A stretch of 64,000 bases of DNA from an uncultured bacterium (lineage in GTDB: Bacteria > Acidobacteriota > HRBIN11 > JAKEFK01). Position 1 is the stretch's first letter; each line of letters starts with the position of its first letter. The translations under genes were made by a program, and so were the position numbers. Where the stretch lies: contig CAVZQN010000004.1 of the NCBI GenBank assembly GCA_963777505.1, positions 288,001 to 352,000 on the forward strand, in the 5' to 3' direction. Below, piece after piece: positions 27,983 to 36,665 of this stretch. The notes beneath the pieces are model-generated. The model was not told the DNA's origin and made no database searches. It saw nothing but the letters and a program-made list of their open reading frames with translations.

Positions 27983-29083
27983 TCGAACAGAACAACAACT
28001 TTCGATGCAGGGAATTCATCTTTTCGCTGAGATTTCGTTGAGTTCTTCCAGGGTTCTTCACCGAATTTATCAAGCGTGGTGTAGGAGCCGATCACAGTGA
28101 AGCTCTTCAATGCATATGGAACGCCTTCGGCTAGTGGTGAGTTGCGATCGGCCACATGAAAATGCAGATGAGGGCCGGTAGAGTCTCCGGTGAATCCGAG
28201 CGACGCAATCACCTGTCCGCTTTGAACAGTGTCACCAGGTTTAACTCGAATGGATCCTGGCTTGAGATGTTCATAAAACGCAAAGTAACCATTACCGAGA
28301 TCCAGTGCGATGTAGTTGCCGGTAGCATCTTCCAACTTTTGCTTCGAGTGGGCAGAAACGGTGGCGCTTTCTTTCATATTGTCACGTGTTGCAGCGACGC
28401 GAGCGTTAGCAACCGCTAACACATCGGCGCCATAACCGTGCCAGTTGCTCACTTGATCGTTGTCGTTGACTGCGAAGCGGCCTTGTTGATCCAGCTTGAT
28501 GAAGTCAATTGCAAATCGGCCAGGGAGGCGCGCCTTGCCATCTACAGCATAAAAAACGCGGCGATGTCCACGCTCCCATGAAGGATCATAAATTGCAGCC
28601 CACGGACCATCTGCTAACGGAGGATTCAGAATTAATGGCGGATTCTTTTGCAATGAAATCTGAGCGCCTTCAACAACATTGGATTCAGAGCTCTTCAAAT
28701 CTTCATACTGGATTCGATGTTTTATTGCCATTTGTGTTTGCGGTAATTTCAAGTTCCAGGTAGACAACGGCTCGCATCGCTGGATGAATCGTACGTTTGT
28801 CTGCCGCGGTCAATCCAATCCGTCCGGACAGCGCATCGTCGCATACGGTCGTCAGATTTGCTTCCGTTGATGCGTCAAACACCGACACACACTTCAACGT
28901 CAACGCGTCTTTAGCAAAATTTGTAAGATGCAGTTCGTATACAAGTATCGGTTTTCCATTAATAACAATTGGTCTTGGTTCTTGAAACACCTGCAAATCA
29001 AATGATGATTTTAGCGGCGTATCCGCCAGTGAATCATTCATTAATGCGCCAGTGAACAACAGAATAGTGATAATCAAAAGCAT
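27979..29083 (-). CDS. Secreted M23 family metallopeptidase, frameshifted near 28750
   Basis: Signal peptide and LVYELHLTN in the 5' ORF; RFAIDF, YEHL and GDSTGPHLHF in the 3' ORF. Confidence 0.85.
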
Positions 29084-29185
29084 GATGTTCTCGCGACTCT
29101 ATGTTGAACCATTTTCTTTTTCTGATCAAACCAGTTGTCTTGAAAGGGAATTTGCATAGACTGAAATGGAGAATTGGAGGTCAGA

Positions 29186-29593
29186 ATGAAGATAGTCAAG
29201 GTGTTATTTCCCGTTATTGTCATTGCCGGAATTTGTTATCAACTGTTTGCTGTGCCCACACCGGTGCAAACGCAAACAATGAAACCTGCAATCGCAAGGA
29301 TATGGCAAGGCCGAGTATCTGTGGCAAAAGCTGATGCATACGAAAAATATGTAAAGGAAAACGGTGTGGAAAAAATGACTTCAGCTGCGGGTAATATGGG
29401 AATTCAGATCCTTCGACGCCCAACACCAGAGGCAGTTGAATTTGTCATCATTTCTTACTGGGGATCGCGAGACGCGATTAAAAAAGTTGTAGGAGAGGAT
29501 ATTGAAAAAGCCTATTCTCTTCCACGCGATTCCGAATTTCTGCTAGAACCCGTTACAACCGTCCGTCATTATCAGATTGCACACAGTCAGTAG
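29186..29593 (+). CDS. Dimeric alpha-beta barrel (ABM-like) protein with a signal peptide
   Basis: IARIWQG…GNMG…EFVIISYW…I…GEDIEKA…HY. Confidence 0.7.
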   Translation: MKIVKVLFPVIVIAGICYQLFAVPTPVQTQTMKPAIARIWQGRVSVAKADAYEKYVKENGVEKMTSAAGNMGIQILRRPTPEAVEFVIISYWGSRDAIKKVVGEDIEKAYSLPRDSEFLLEPVTTVRHYQIAHSQ

Positions 29594-29602
29594 TAAAAAG
29601 AG

Positions 29603-29677
29603 AATGAGGATAGAGGATTGAGAATGGATATCAGGAAAACGCTATGATCAATTCTCAATCCTCTATCTTCAAGCCTC
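29603..29677. repeat. Heptamer-unit inverted repeat
   Basis: gaggatagaggattgagaat versus attctcaatcctctatcttc. Confidence 0.65.
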
Positions 29678-29746
29678 TTTCCTCCACCTATACAGGTGGT
29701 GACGATTGATTGAATGTCATCTATAGTTGTTGAAACGGAGGAAAGT

Positions 29747-30221
29747 ATGCGCGAGAAAATTGTGTTTGGGTTATGTATTCTGATGAGTTTGGGGATTGCA
29801 ATCATGGGTAAGTGCTTCGTCTTTGCCAGCGGATGGCGGAGACGCAGGAAAAGCGTACAAAGCTTGTATCGATGCCGTAGCAAAACCGGATAAGGCGAAA
29901 ACGATAGCGCTCTGTTTCACAAAAGACGATCCATGGCTTAAAGGGAAAAATCTAGGCTACTTTACGGATAGTACTTTTCAGGTTGAAGTTCGTCAGGAAT
30001 GGCCGGCGCTTCGTTTAGTTGATGCTAAAATTTCCGGAGGGAAAATGGAAGGAGACACGGCTGACCTTCTTGTCGAAGGCACGATGATCCTTCAACGGCT
30101 GGAGCCCACAGACGAAATCGTTGAAGTGGATCGCTCTAAAGTAAAAGGCAGCGTTAAGATGCGCCGCACCAACGGAGTCTGGACTTACGCCGGTGAACAA
30201 AAACTGGAAAAGGTGCAGTGA
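29747..30221 (+). CDS. Secreted hypothetical protein with a probable frameshift near 29795
   Basis: GGAGG plus ATG at 29747 gives a signal peptide one frame off the ORF at 29796-30221. Confidence 0.6.
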
Positions 30222-30231
30222 ACGTAAGAGT

Positions 30232-30408
30232 TTATTCGACGATTTGTTTCACACGTCCGACTTGTCCATCTTCCAGGCGAACTTTGATGCCGTGCGGATG
30301 ATTTGGTGAACGCGTTAGAATGTCTTTGACAACTCCTTTAGTCAATTTACCTGTGCGCTGATCTTGTTTTAAAACGATCAATACTACGTCGCCTGGTTTT
30401 ATGGTCAT
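30232..30408 (-). CDS. YwbE family small protein (absent from the ORF track)
   Basis: Manual translation: MTIKPGDVVLIVLKQDQRTGKLTKGVVKDILTRSPNHPHGIKVRLEDGQVGRVKQIVE. Confidence 0.85.
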   Translation of the reverse strand: MTIKPGDVVLIVLKQDQRTGKLTKGVVKDILTRSPNHPHGIKVRLEDGQVGRVKQIVE

Positions 30409-30460
30409 TCGATTTTATCCGTTCCAAGATTCCGTTAAGTAATAATTTTGGTATCTGAGA

Positions 30461-30492
30461 AATTAAAAGGCGAGCTGTTTAAAGCTCGCCTT
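30461..30492 (-). terminator. Intrinsic terminator after the tRNA pair
   Basis: AAGGCGAGCT/AGCTCGCCTT stem followed by a T-rich tail on the minus strand. Confidence 0.75.
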
Positions 30493-30503
30493 CAATATAG
30501 AAA

Positions 30504-30577
<74 letters not shown>

Positions 30578-30669
30578 GTAAAATTGAGATTGAAGATCAG
30601 ATGATAGATTTCAGATTGAATTTTCGCAATTTATTCTGAATTTTCAAATCTGAAATCTTAAATTCTTAA

Positions 30670-30741
30670 TGGGCGGTATAGGATTTGAACCTATGGCCCC
30701 TGCCTTGTAAGGGCAGTGCTCTCCCGCTGAGCTAACCGCCC
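30670..30741 (-). tRNA. tRNA-Val(TAC), CCA not encoded
   Basis: GGGCGGTTAGCTCAGCGGGAGAGCACTGCCCTTACAAGGCAGGGGCCATAGGTTCAAATCCTATACCGCCCA. Confidence 0.95.
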
Positions 30742-30807
30742 GAAGCCTTTGAATTATATGGGAATTCATCCGCGGTTTCCAGTAGCCGGCGATTGGCCTA
30801 CAGAGCC

Positions 30808-32364
30808 CTAGTCTTTTTTCAAGGGTTTCAGATAAAGATCCTGGAAATCTGAAACTAAAATCCGTCTCGTCAGACACGGCTTTCATCAATACATGATCAA
30901 TCGAACCATCGGGGTTTAGCGAAAAAGTAACGAAAGCGTCCGCACGCAATTCTCGATCATGCCAACGTGCTACGAATGAATCGTATTGCCAGTGTTCTAG
31001 ATCGCCAATCAGAGAAGGGGTCTGCACGAATTTGATCGACATTTTTTCTGCTTCAACAGCGATAACAATTTCACCGTACCATTCATCAACGTAGGTCCCT
31101 GCGTATTTGTCCAAAGGCACGACGGGCGTGATGCCTCATTTCGCTCTGCCGTTTGAGTGCCGGTTTTTTCCTTATTCTTTTGAGCTTCTCTATCCGCAAT
31201 TTTCTTGTAAGTATCAACCCAATCGGTCGGTGGTGCTTTTAGATAATCATCTAAAATCGAATAGATGATCGACTGATATGCAACACTTGATTCCTGATTG
31301 GTCAACACTGCTATGCCCAGAGAAAGATCAGGAACAAGTAAAACACGTGAAGCATATCCTGGCAGTAACCCGGAGTGGGTGATAATTTTGTGACCGCGGT
31401 AATCACGCAAGCCTAATCCCAACGCGTATCCTGAAAAATTAGGTTTCAATGCAGCAAGCTCGGGTTCCGGATCGGATATTGCAATCGGCGTCACAAACTT
31501 AACTAACTCTTGCGCTGTTTGTTCCGTATACAGTCGTGATTCATCTGATAATTTTCCTTCTGAAAGCAAAACGATCATCCACTTGGCCATATCTTCTGCA
31601 TTTGAATTGATGCCACCTGCAGGATTTGTTATATCGCTGAGAAATGGTTGAATCGGACGCACAACACCATCAACACGAGCGTGAGTTGTTGCAGCATTCT
31701 CTCCGAGTCCTGCGGAAGAATGGGTAACAGTGCTGTTAATCATGCCAACCTTTCGAATGATTCTTTCGGTTACAAATTCTTCCCATGTCTTTCCGCTAAC
31801 GGCCTCAATCACTTCACCTGCGACCGAATACAGAACGTTATCGTATGCATATGCACTTCGAAAACTTGTTGCCGGTGGAATAAACCGGATTCGGTGGACG
31901 ATTTCTTTTCGGTTATATGTAGAAGGAGGCCACCATAATAAATCGCCAGCACCAAGTCCTAATCCACTGCGATGAACCAGCAGATCCCGCACAGTCAACT
32001 GTCGAGTTACCCAGGCATCATGCATTGCAAAAGACGGAAGATATCGGATTACAGGCGAATCCCATTCAATTTTCTTTTCATCGACAAGTAAGCCGAGTGC
32101 AACCGCTGTAAAGACTTTTGTGTTGGATGCAATTCCGAAAAGTGTTTGTGCATCTACCAAATCTGTTGACCCGATTTTTCGTACGCCATAACCTTTGGCC
32201 ACAACTACCTTTCCGTCTTTCACGATGGCCAGACTCAACCCGGGCACTTCGAAGGTCGTCATCGAACGTCCGACTAACGAATCCAAATCGGAAGGAGAGA
32301 GTGCAAGATTAAAAACTAGCGTGAATATAAGAAGAAGAAAAAGTAAGTGGTAGCGTATTTTCAT
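30808..32364 (-). CDS. Serine hydrolase (class C beta-lactamase-like) with a DUF3471-like C-terminus; frameshifts near 31120 and 30851
   Basis: IASNTK (SxxK), YDN, HSG; the C-terminus restores to DFSFDFQDLYLKPLKKD*. Confidence 0.85.
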
Positions 32365-32406
32365 TCAACAATTATAAGTGAATCGGCCTGAGTGGATTGC
32401 TAGGGG

Positions 32407-33192
32407 TTAGGCGTTCTTGGCATCAACAAGGCGAGCCTGTCCGTATTGTGCGAGGACGTCTTGTTGGCCAGAGAGCGGCACTGCTCGAAGACCATGCAGG
32501 CGCAACAGGTCTTCAAGTTGTTCGCGAGAGTGACCGGACCAGGACCACGCGTCAGGATGGAGTTCGACAAGGATCAGGGGAAGCGGCTTAAGCCGCAGTA
32601 TTGAGCCGGCCCCGAGCAGTGCCCCTATCTCCCAGCCCTCGATATCCATGACGACACACTTCGGCGGCGCGGGTCGGTTAGCTATGAACTCATCTAGAGT
32701 AGTTACGGGCACTGGAATGCTACGAGTTCGCGGAAGAAGCGGATTGGGCTTATTGGGGCGCGCCATTGGATTTGCACCGGCGATAAACAGGTCTGCGGTG
32801 CCTGGATGTTGCCCAATGGCAGCTTGTACTAGCTCAACTCTGTCGGTGTATTCGTTGAGAGCGACGTTTCGGCGGAGGAGAGCAAGCGCTTCCGGATTGG
32901 GCTCGAAGGCGATAACCCTGCCGTTGGGCCCTACTAGCCTGCCAAGTTGGAGCACATGTATGCCCACGTTTGCCCCAACGTTCCAGCACTCATCGCCGCT
33001 TCGTACAGTCTCTAGCAAGCAAGCCGTAACGCCAGGATCATAGGAGGCTAGAAAATAGGGTCGCGTACGCGCATCGACGCGCATCTTGACACCGTTCACG
33101 GTTGTCGGAACACCGCGGTTTAAGGTCAGCACCGTGAGGCCTATATCACGCACCGGACGAAGCAAGTTTCTCAACGCTGTTGTGATGGTCAC
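32407..33192 (-). CDS. FkbM family methyltransferase (GC-rich cassette)
   Basis: WNVGANVG, FEPNP, MDIEGWE, VELHP; stop codon lies inside GCCTAAC. Confidence 0.85.
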   Translation of the reverse strand: MTITTALRNLLRPVRDIGLTVLTLNRGVPTTVNGVKMRVDARTRPYFLASYDPGVTACLLETVRSGDECWNVGANVGIHVLQLGRLVGPNGRVIAFEPNPEALALLRRNVALNEYTDRVELVQAAIGQHPGTADLFIAGANPMARPNKPNPLLPRTRSIPVPVTTLDEFIANRPAPPKCVVMDIEGWEIGALLGAGSILRLKPLPLILVELHPDAWSWSGHSREQLEDLLRLHGLRAVPLSGQQDVLAQYGQARLVDAKNA

Positions 33193-33208
33193 GATCGGCT
33201 CCCGAAAC

Positions 33209-33382
33209 GCCTAACGCCGGAGTTCAACTGCGCCGAATGAAGGCGCATGTTTTGCTAAGCTTGATTCCAACACAAAGATGATAGCCGATTTATATTTTGT
33301 TTTTCAAAATTGGATTTTAGCGGATTGCAAAGCGGGACCTGAAGAAGCGCAGGAGGCGTCGGGCCGCAATGACTTGCTCGGC
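33209..33382 (-). mobile_element. attC-like site (long, degenerate R'')
   Basis: Minus strand GCCGAGC-aagtca-TTGCGGCC…gcagttgaactccggc-GTTAGGC. Confidence 0.65.
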
Positions 33383-33392
33383 GCGAATATAC

Positions 33393-33782
33393 TTACGTAT
33401 TGCCCGCACCGCGTTTAGTCCAAGTACGCGGAAATCTAACACTATCTCTTTCAAGAGTGTGGGGACGGCGAACAAGTTCGGTTACTATCGGTTGCTTTGG
33501 TAAGCAGCAAACTTTGAATTTTCGTCCAGATTTACAAGGACAGGGATCATTCCTTCCAACCTCGTTTTTGTCGGCAACCTCTTTTCTTAATGATCGACGC
33601 TTACGACTAGGTTCCTTTTTCTTGCCTTTACAGCCGTAAGTACTGCACTTTTCATATTCTGTCCAACAATTAGTATGGTAAAGAGCATGACATCTTACGC
33701 ATCGGTTGGTTTGTGTCTTAGCATCAATAGCTGAACGACAATACGGGCATTTAATCGGGGACTGTTTGCTTTTGGATTTCAC
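33393..33782 (-). CDS. RING-like Zn finger plus SEC-C motif protein (cassette)
   Basis: CPYC…CVRCHALYHTNCW…C…GC; VGRNDPCPCKSGRKFKVCC. Confidence 0.75.
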   Translation of the reverse strand: MKSKSKQSPIKCPYCRSAIDAKTQTNRCVRCHALYHTNCWTEYEKCSTYGCKGKKKEPSRKRRSLRKEVADKNEVGRNDPCPCKSGRKFKVCCLPKQPIVTELVRRPHTLERDSVRFPRTWTKRGAGNT

Positions 33783-33796
33783 AATAATTTATGAGC

Positions 33797-33842
33797 CGTG
33801 AAAGCTCGGAGTTCAGCGTGTCCGCTGCAATTTTTGTAAGGC
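33797..33842 (-). mobile_element. Degenerate short attC-like site
   Basis: Minus strand GCCTTAC-aaaaa-TTGCAGCGG-aca-CGCTGAACTCCG; R' eroded. Confidence 0.5.
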
Positions 33843-33860
33843 GAACTCATAAAACTATTT

Positions 33861-34115
33861 TCAAAATAATAATCGAAGGATTCGATAAATAGCATAGACC
33901 AAAAAGGCTACGTATGGGGGAATAACAACAATTGAAATAGCCACAATTACGAAAAGCTGAAATCGATCGGTCCAAGGCTGCGCAACTACCACATTGGAAA
34001 GAGGCATCCGATCATTCGTCGTTTTGTTTACTGATTCAAGACCAGCATTTTCAAAAACCCGACGCGAATCTTGAACCTCTTGAGCCAATTCAATTGAATT
34101 TAGCTTTTGTTTCAT
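33861..34115 (-). CDS. Small hypothetical membrane protein (cassette)
   Basis: ATG 9 nt after the R' GTTGGGG; C-terminal TM helix. Confidence 0.5.
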   Translation of the reverse strand: MKQKLNSIELAQEVQDSRRVFENAGLESVNKTTNDRMPLSNVVVAQPWTDRFQLFVIVAISIVVIPPYVAFLVYAIYRILRLLF

Positions 34116-34124
34116 ATAAGTGCG

Positions 34125-34210
34125 CCCCAACGCTGGAATTCACCGGCGCGAATCCGCGGATGAGCGAAGCGAAGACGCGGTGAGCGTCCGGTGGAACTGA
34201 GTTGTAGGGC
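34125..34210 (-). mobile_element. attC site
   Basis: Minus strand GCCCTAC-aactca-GTTCCACCGG…hairpin…CCGGTGAATTCCAGC-GTTGGGG. Confidence 0.75.
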
Positions 34211-34218
34211 TTGCGTCA

Positions 34219-34909
34219 TTACTCAAACCATAGCCGCCCACGATTTTTTTTCCGTAAAATACCACGATCATCAAAACCAAGATAGAAACCGTATGCTGCA
34301 CATGATTCACATGGGCGTTCTTCAGGTACTTGGCTATATTGCAACTCAAAACCTCCTTTTATGAACTGGCCATGTTTAGGAGGGCCGCTTGAAGATAGAA
34401 CTTGCCAATACGAATCTCCAACGTTCAATGATGAATATTGCGTTTTGGTCATTGGACCTTGACACCAACTATCATCACCTGGCGACACCCTGGCATTCTT
34501 TCTAAAGCTGCGCGATGCGGTCAAAATCGTTACTATTTTCATAGCACGCCTTATAATTTGCCGCATGTTCGGGATACTCATCGTGTGATTGCGTCACTAC
34601 ACTTAGTATTAGGCAGCCCTTTTCGGACGAACCTTCAAGTGCAAGAGAGATATTTGTATTTGCAAGGCCATCTCGTTCTGAAACAGTCTTTCCTTCAGCC
34701 CATTTGCCAACGACAAACGTAAAACCAATGTCATAAGTTAGCCTTGCTCCTGAATTTGTGTCGAAGTAAAAGCCGCAGGAGGAATCTATACAATCTTCGG
34801 GCAAGTACACCCACCCTTCTGGTAAGTTGTCCAAGTGTCCTTGACATGATGCGGCGATGAGAATCTCGCTTAGCAAAAGCATTATGGGAATCAAGAAGAA
34901 CTTAGTCAT
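34219..34909 (-). CDS. Secreted hypothetical protein(s) of the first cassette: two overlapping ORFs (34502-34909, 34219-34581), possibly one frameshifted gene
   Basis: Signal-peptide ORF starts 20 nt after the attI-like R box; the second ORF stops just before attC. Confidence 0.5.
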
Positions 34910-34928
34910 ATTGAATTTTGTTACGCAA

Positions 34929-34947
34929 GTTCAACTACTGATTATAC
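34929..34947 (-). mobile_element. attI-like simple site
   Basis: Minus strand GTATAAT-CAGTA-GTTGAAC (L box, 5-nt spacer, GTTRRRY R box). Confidence 0.55.
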
Positions 34948-35142
34948 GGCAAGTGGCCGTATAACACGTTGATAAGTGTGATTAGACGGCAAATTGCATT
35001 CTAATTCTATTATACGTAAGGAAGGAGATAGCCGAATTACATTTGGTTTTGGAAACTCTGTATTGGTAAAAAAGCGCAGAGAAAAATAAAAAGGTGCGTT
35101 CCACCTTATGAAACTTATTTCATAAGGTGAAACCATGAAACG

Positions 35143-35544
35143 TTAGCGCCAGGCTCCCAGGATTGCGCCCATGATCGTAAAGGCAACTGCTTGATAACCG
35201 CCATTTACCAAAATGTAAGTCCAGGAGCGATTTTCGAATAATGCGATAACACCGAAGGACAATGCAACCCAGCCAAGTCCTGCGAGTGCGCCGGCTGTTG
35301 CACCCCAGGCAAGATCCGTTTTACCGTCGGACAAAAAGAACGCAAGATTCAACGCCATAATTAAAGTCAAAACAAATGAGATTCCGAAAATCTTTCCGCG
35401 ATTAAATTTTGAAACTTCTTCCGCAGTAAAGCCGTTCACGCGCATCCATACCTTTTCAAACAACAAAGGTGAATACCACAATCCACCCAGGACAAAACTA
35501 GAAACTGCTGCAACGACTACAGCCAAATAATTAATCTGAGGCAT
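35143..35544 (-). CDS. DUF1761 family membrane protein
   Basis: INYLAVVVAAV…LGGLWYSP…F…W; FENRSW…INGGY-like motif. Confidence 0.85.
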   Translation of the reverse strand: MPQINYLAVVVAAVSSFVLGGLWYSPLLFEKVWMRVNGFTAEEVSKFNRGKIFGISFVLTLIMALNLAFFLSDGKTDLAWGATAGALAGLGWVALSFGVIALFENRSWTYILVNGGYQAVAFTIMGAILGAWR

Positions 35545-35605
35545 ACCCGATTCCTCCTTTACATTCATCCTTTCAACATTGTTTGAGTTTTCTTTAAGGT
35601 TCGAA

Positions 35606-35636
35606 GTAGCGGGCGGGTCTTAGACCCGCCCCTACA
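35606..35636. repeat. GTAG-type REP-like hairpin
   Basis: gtagcgggcgggtcttagacccgcccctac. Confidence 0.6.
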
Positions 35637-35658
35637 ACGATGTAAGATAGGAGGAACC

Positions 35659-36639
35659 ATGGGAAAATTACTCTGCGGCTTGATTGCTATTCTCTTCTTT
35701 CTTTCTGCTCATGCAGATCAGAATTTGAGCCCATATGGTTCATCAAAACCTGTACCTGTGCCTGAAGTGTTTGCTCCTGGGGTTATTTCTCAAGGGGATC
35801 ACGAATCTCATCCTTCGTTTACTCCTGATGGATCCGAACTTTATTTCCTCAAAAACATGCCTGACTTCAGCTTCTGGACGATTGTCGTATCTTTATATAA
35901 AAATGGCCGATGGAGTGAGCCTGAGGTCGCACCGTTTTCTGGTCAATATTCAGATGCTGATCCTTTCATAACTGCAAATGGCAAACGGCTTTACTTTATT
36001 TCAAATCGTCCATTGAAGAATGTGAAAAAGGAAGATCTTGATATCTGGTACGTGGATCGAACTTCAACCGGCTGGAGCGAACCGCAAAATCCGGGAGCCC
36101 CGATTAATAGTGATGGCAATGAATGGTATCCAACGATCGCTTCAGATGGAACAATCTACTTTGGTTCGGATAGAAAAGGTGGCATCGGTAAGACCGATAT
36201 ATATCGGTGCAAATTCACAAACGGAAAATATGAAAAAGAAGAAAATCTTGGAGAGCCAGTCAATTCTAAATATGATGAATACGAACCCTGGATTTCACCG
36301 GATCAAAAGTTCCTCTTTATCATGGCAGGCAGACCGGAAGGGAAAGGAGCATTTGATCTCTATATTAGCTATAACAAAGATGGTACATGGACGACTCCGA
36401 CCAATTTAGGTGATGCTATCAATTCACCAGGGTATGAATTTTCACCACAAATTTCACCCGATGGTAAATATTTCTTTTTTACAAGCTCAAAAGGATTCAA
36501 TGCACCATCTTTTTCAAGTCGTTTGAATTATTCTGAATTAATGCAAAAACTAAGAGGTCCAGGAAATGGTTTGGGCGACATTTACTTCGTAGATTTGTCG
36601 GCAATAAAATTACAACACCTTAGAATTAGTAATTTTTGA
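35659..36639 (+). CDS. Secreted PD40/TolB-like beta-propeller protein
   Basis: Repeated P-x-x-(S/T)PDG…(Y/F)F(S/T)S units. Confidence 0.85.
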   Translation: MGKLLCGLIAILFFLSAHADQNLSPYGSSKPVPVPEVFAPGVISQGDHESHPSFTPDGSELYFLKNMPDFSFWTIVVSLYKNGRWSEPEVAPFSGQYSDADPFITANGKRLYFISNRPLKNVKKEDLDIWYVDRTSTGWSEPQNPGAPINSDGNEWYPTIASDGTIYFGSDRKGGIGKTDIYRCKFTNGKYEKEENLGEPVNSKYDEYEPWISPDQKFLFIMAGRPEGKGAFDLYISYNKDGTWTTPTNLGDAINSPGYEFSPQISPDGKYFFFTSSKGFNAPSFSSRLNYSELMQKLRGPGNGLGDIYFVDLSAIKLQHLRISNF

Positions 36640-36665
36640 TAAAGCGAACTAAAATAGCGGAAAAA

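Larger units (their letters stand above)
32406..34950 (-). mobile_element. Integron gene-cassette array without an adjacent integrase (CALIN-like), about 4 cassettes
   Basis: attI-like site, three attC-like hairpins, a terminal R'' GCCTAAC, and co-oriented ORFs of mixed GC content. Confidence 0.75.

Noticed and set aside
30644-30850. ORF-track extension of the hydrolase through tRNA-Val
   Set aside because: Frameshift artefact; the restored C-terminus stops at 30808 and the extension merely translates the tRNA.
34942-35136. 64-aa ORF or intI remnant beside the attI-like site
   Set aside because: No tyrosine-recombinase motifs recognised; probably non-coding promoter/att sequence.
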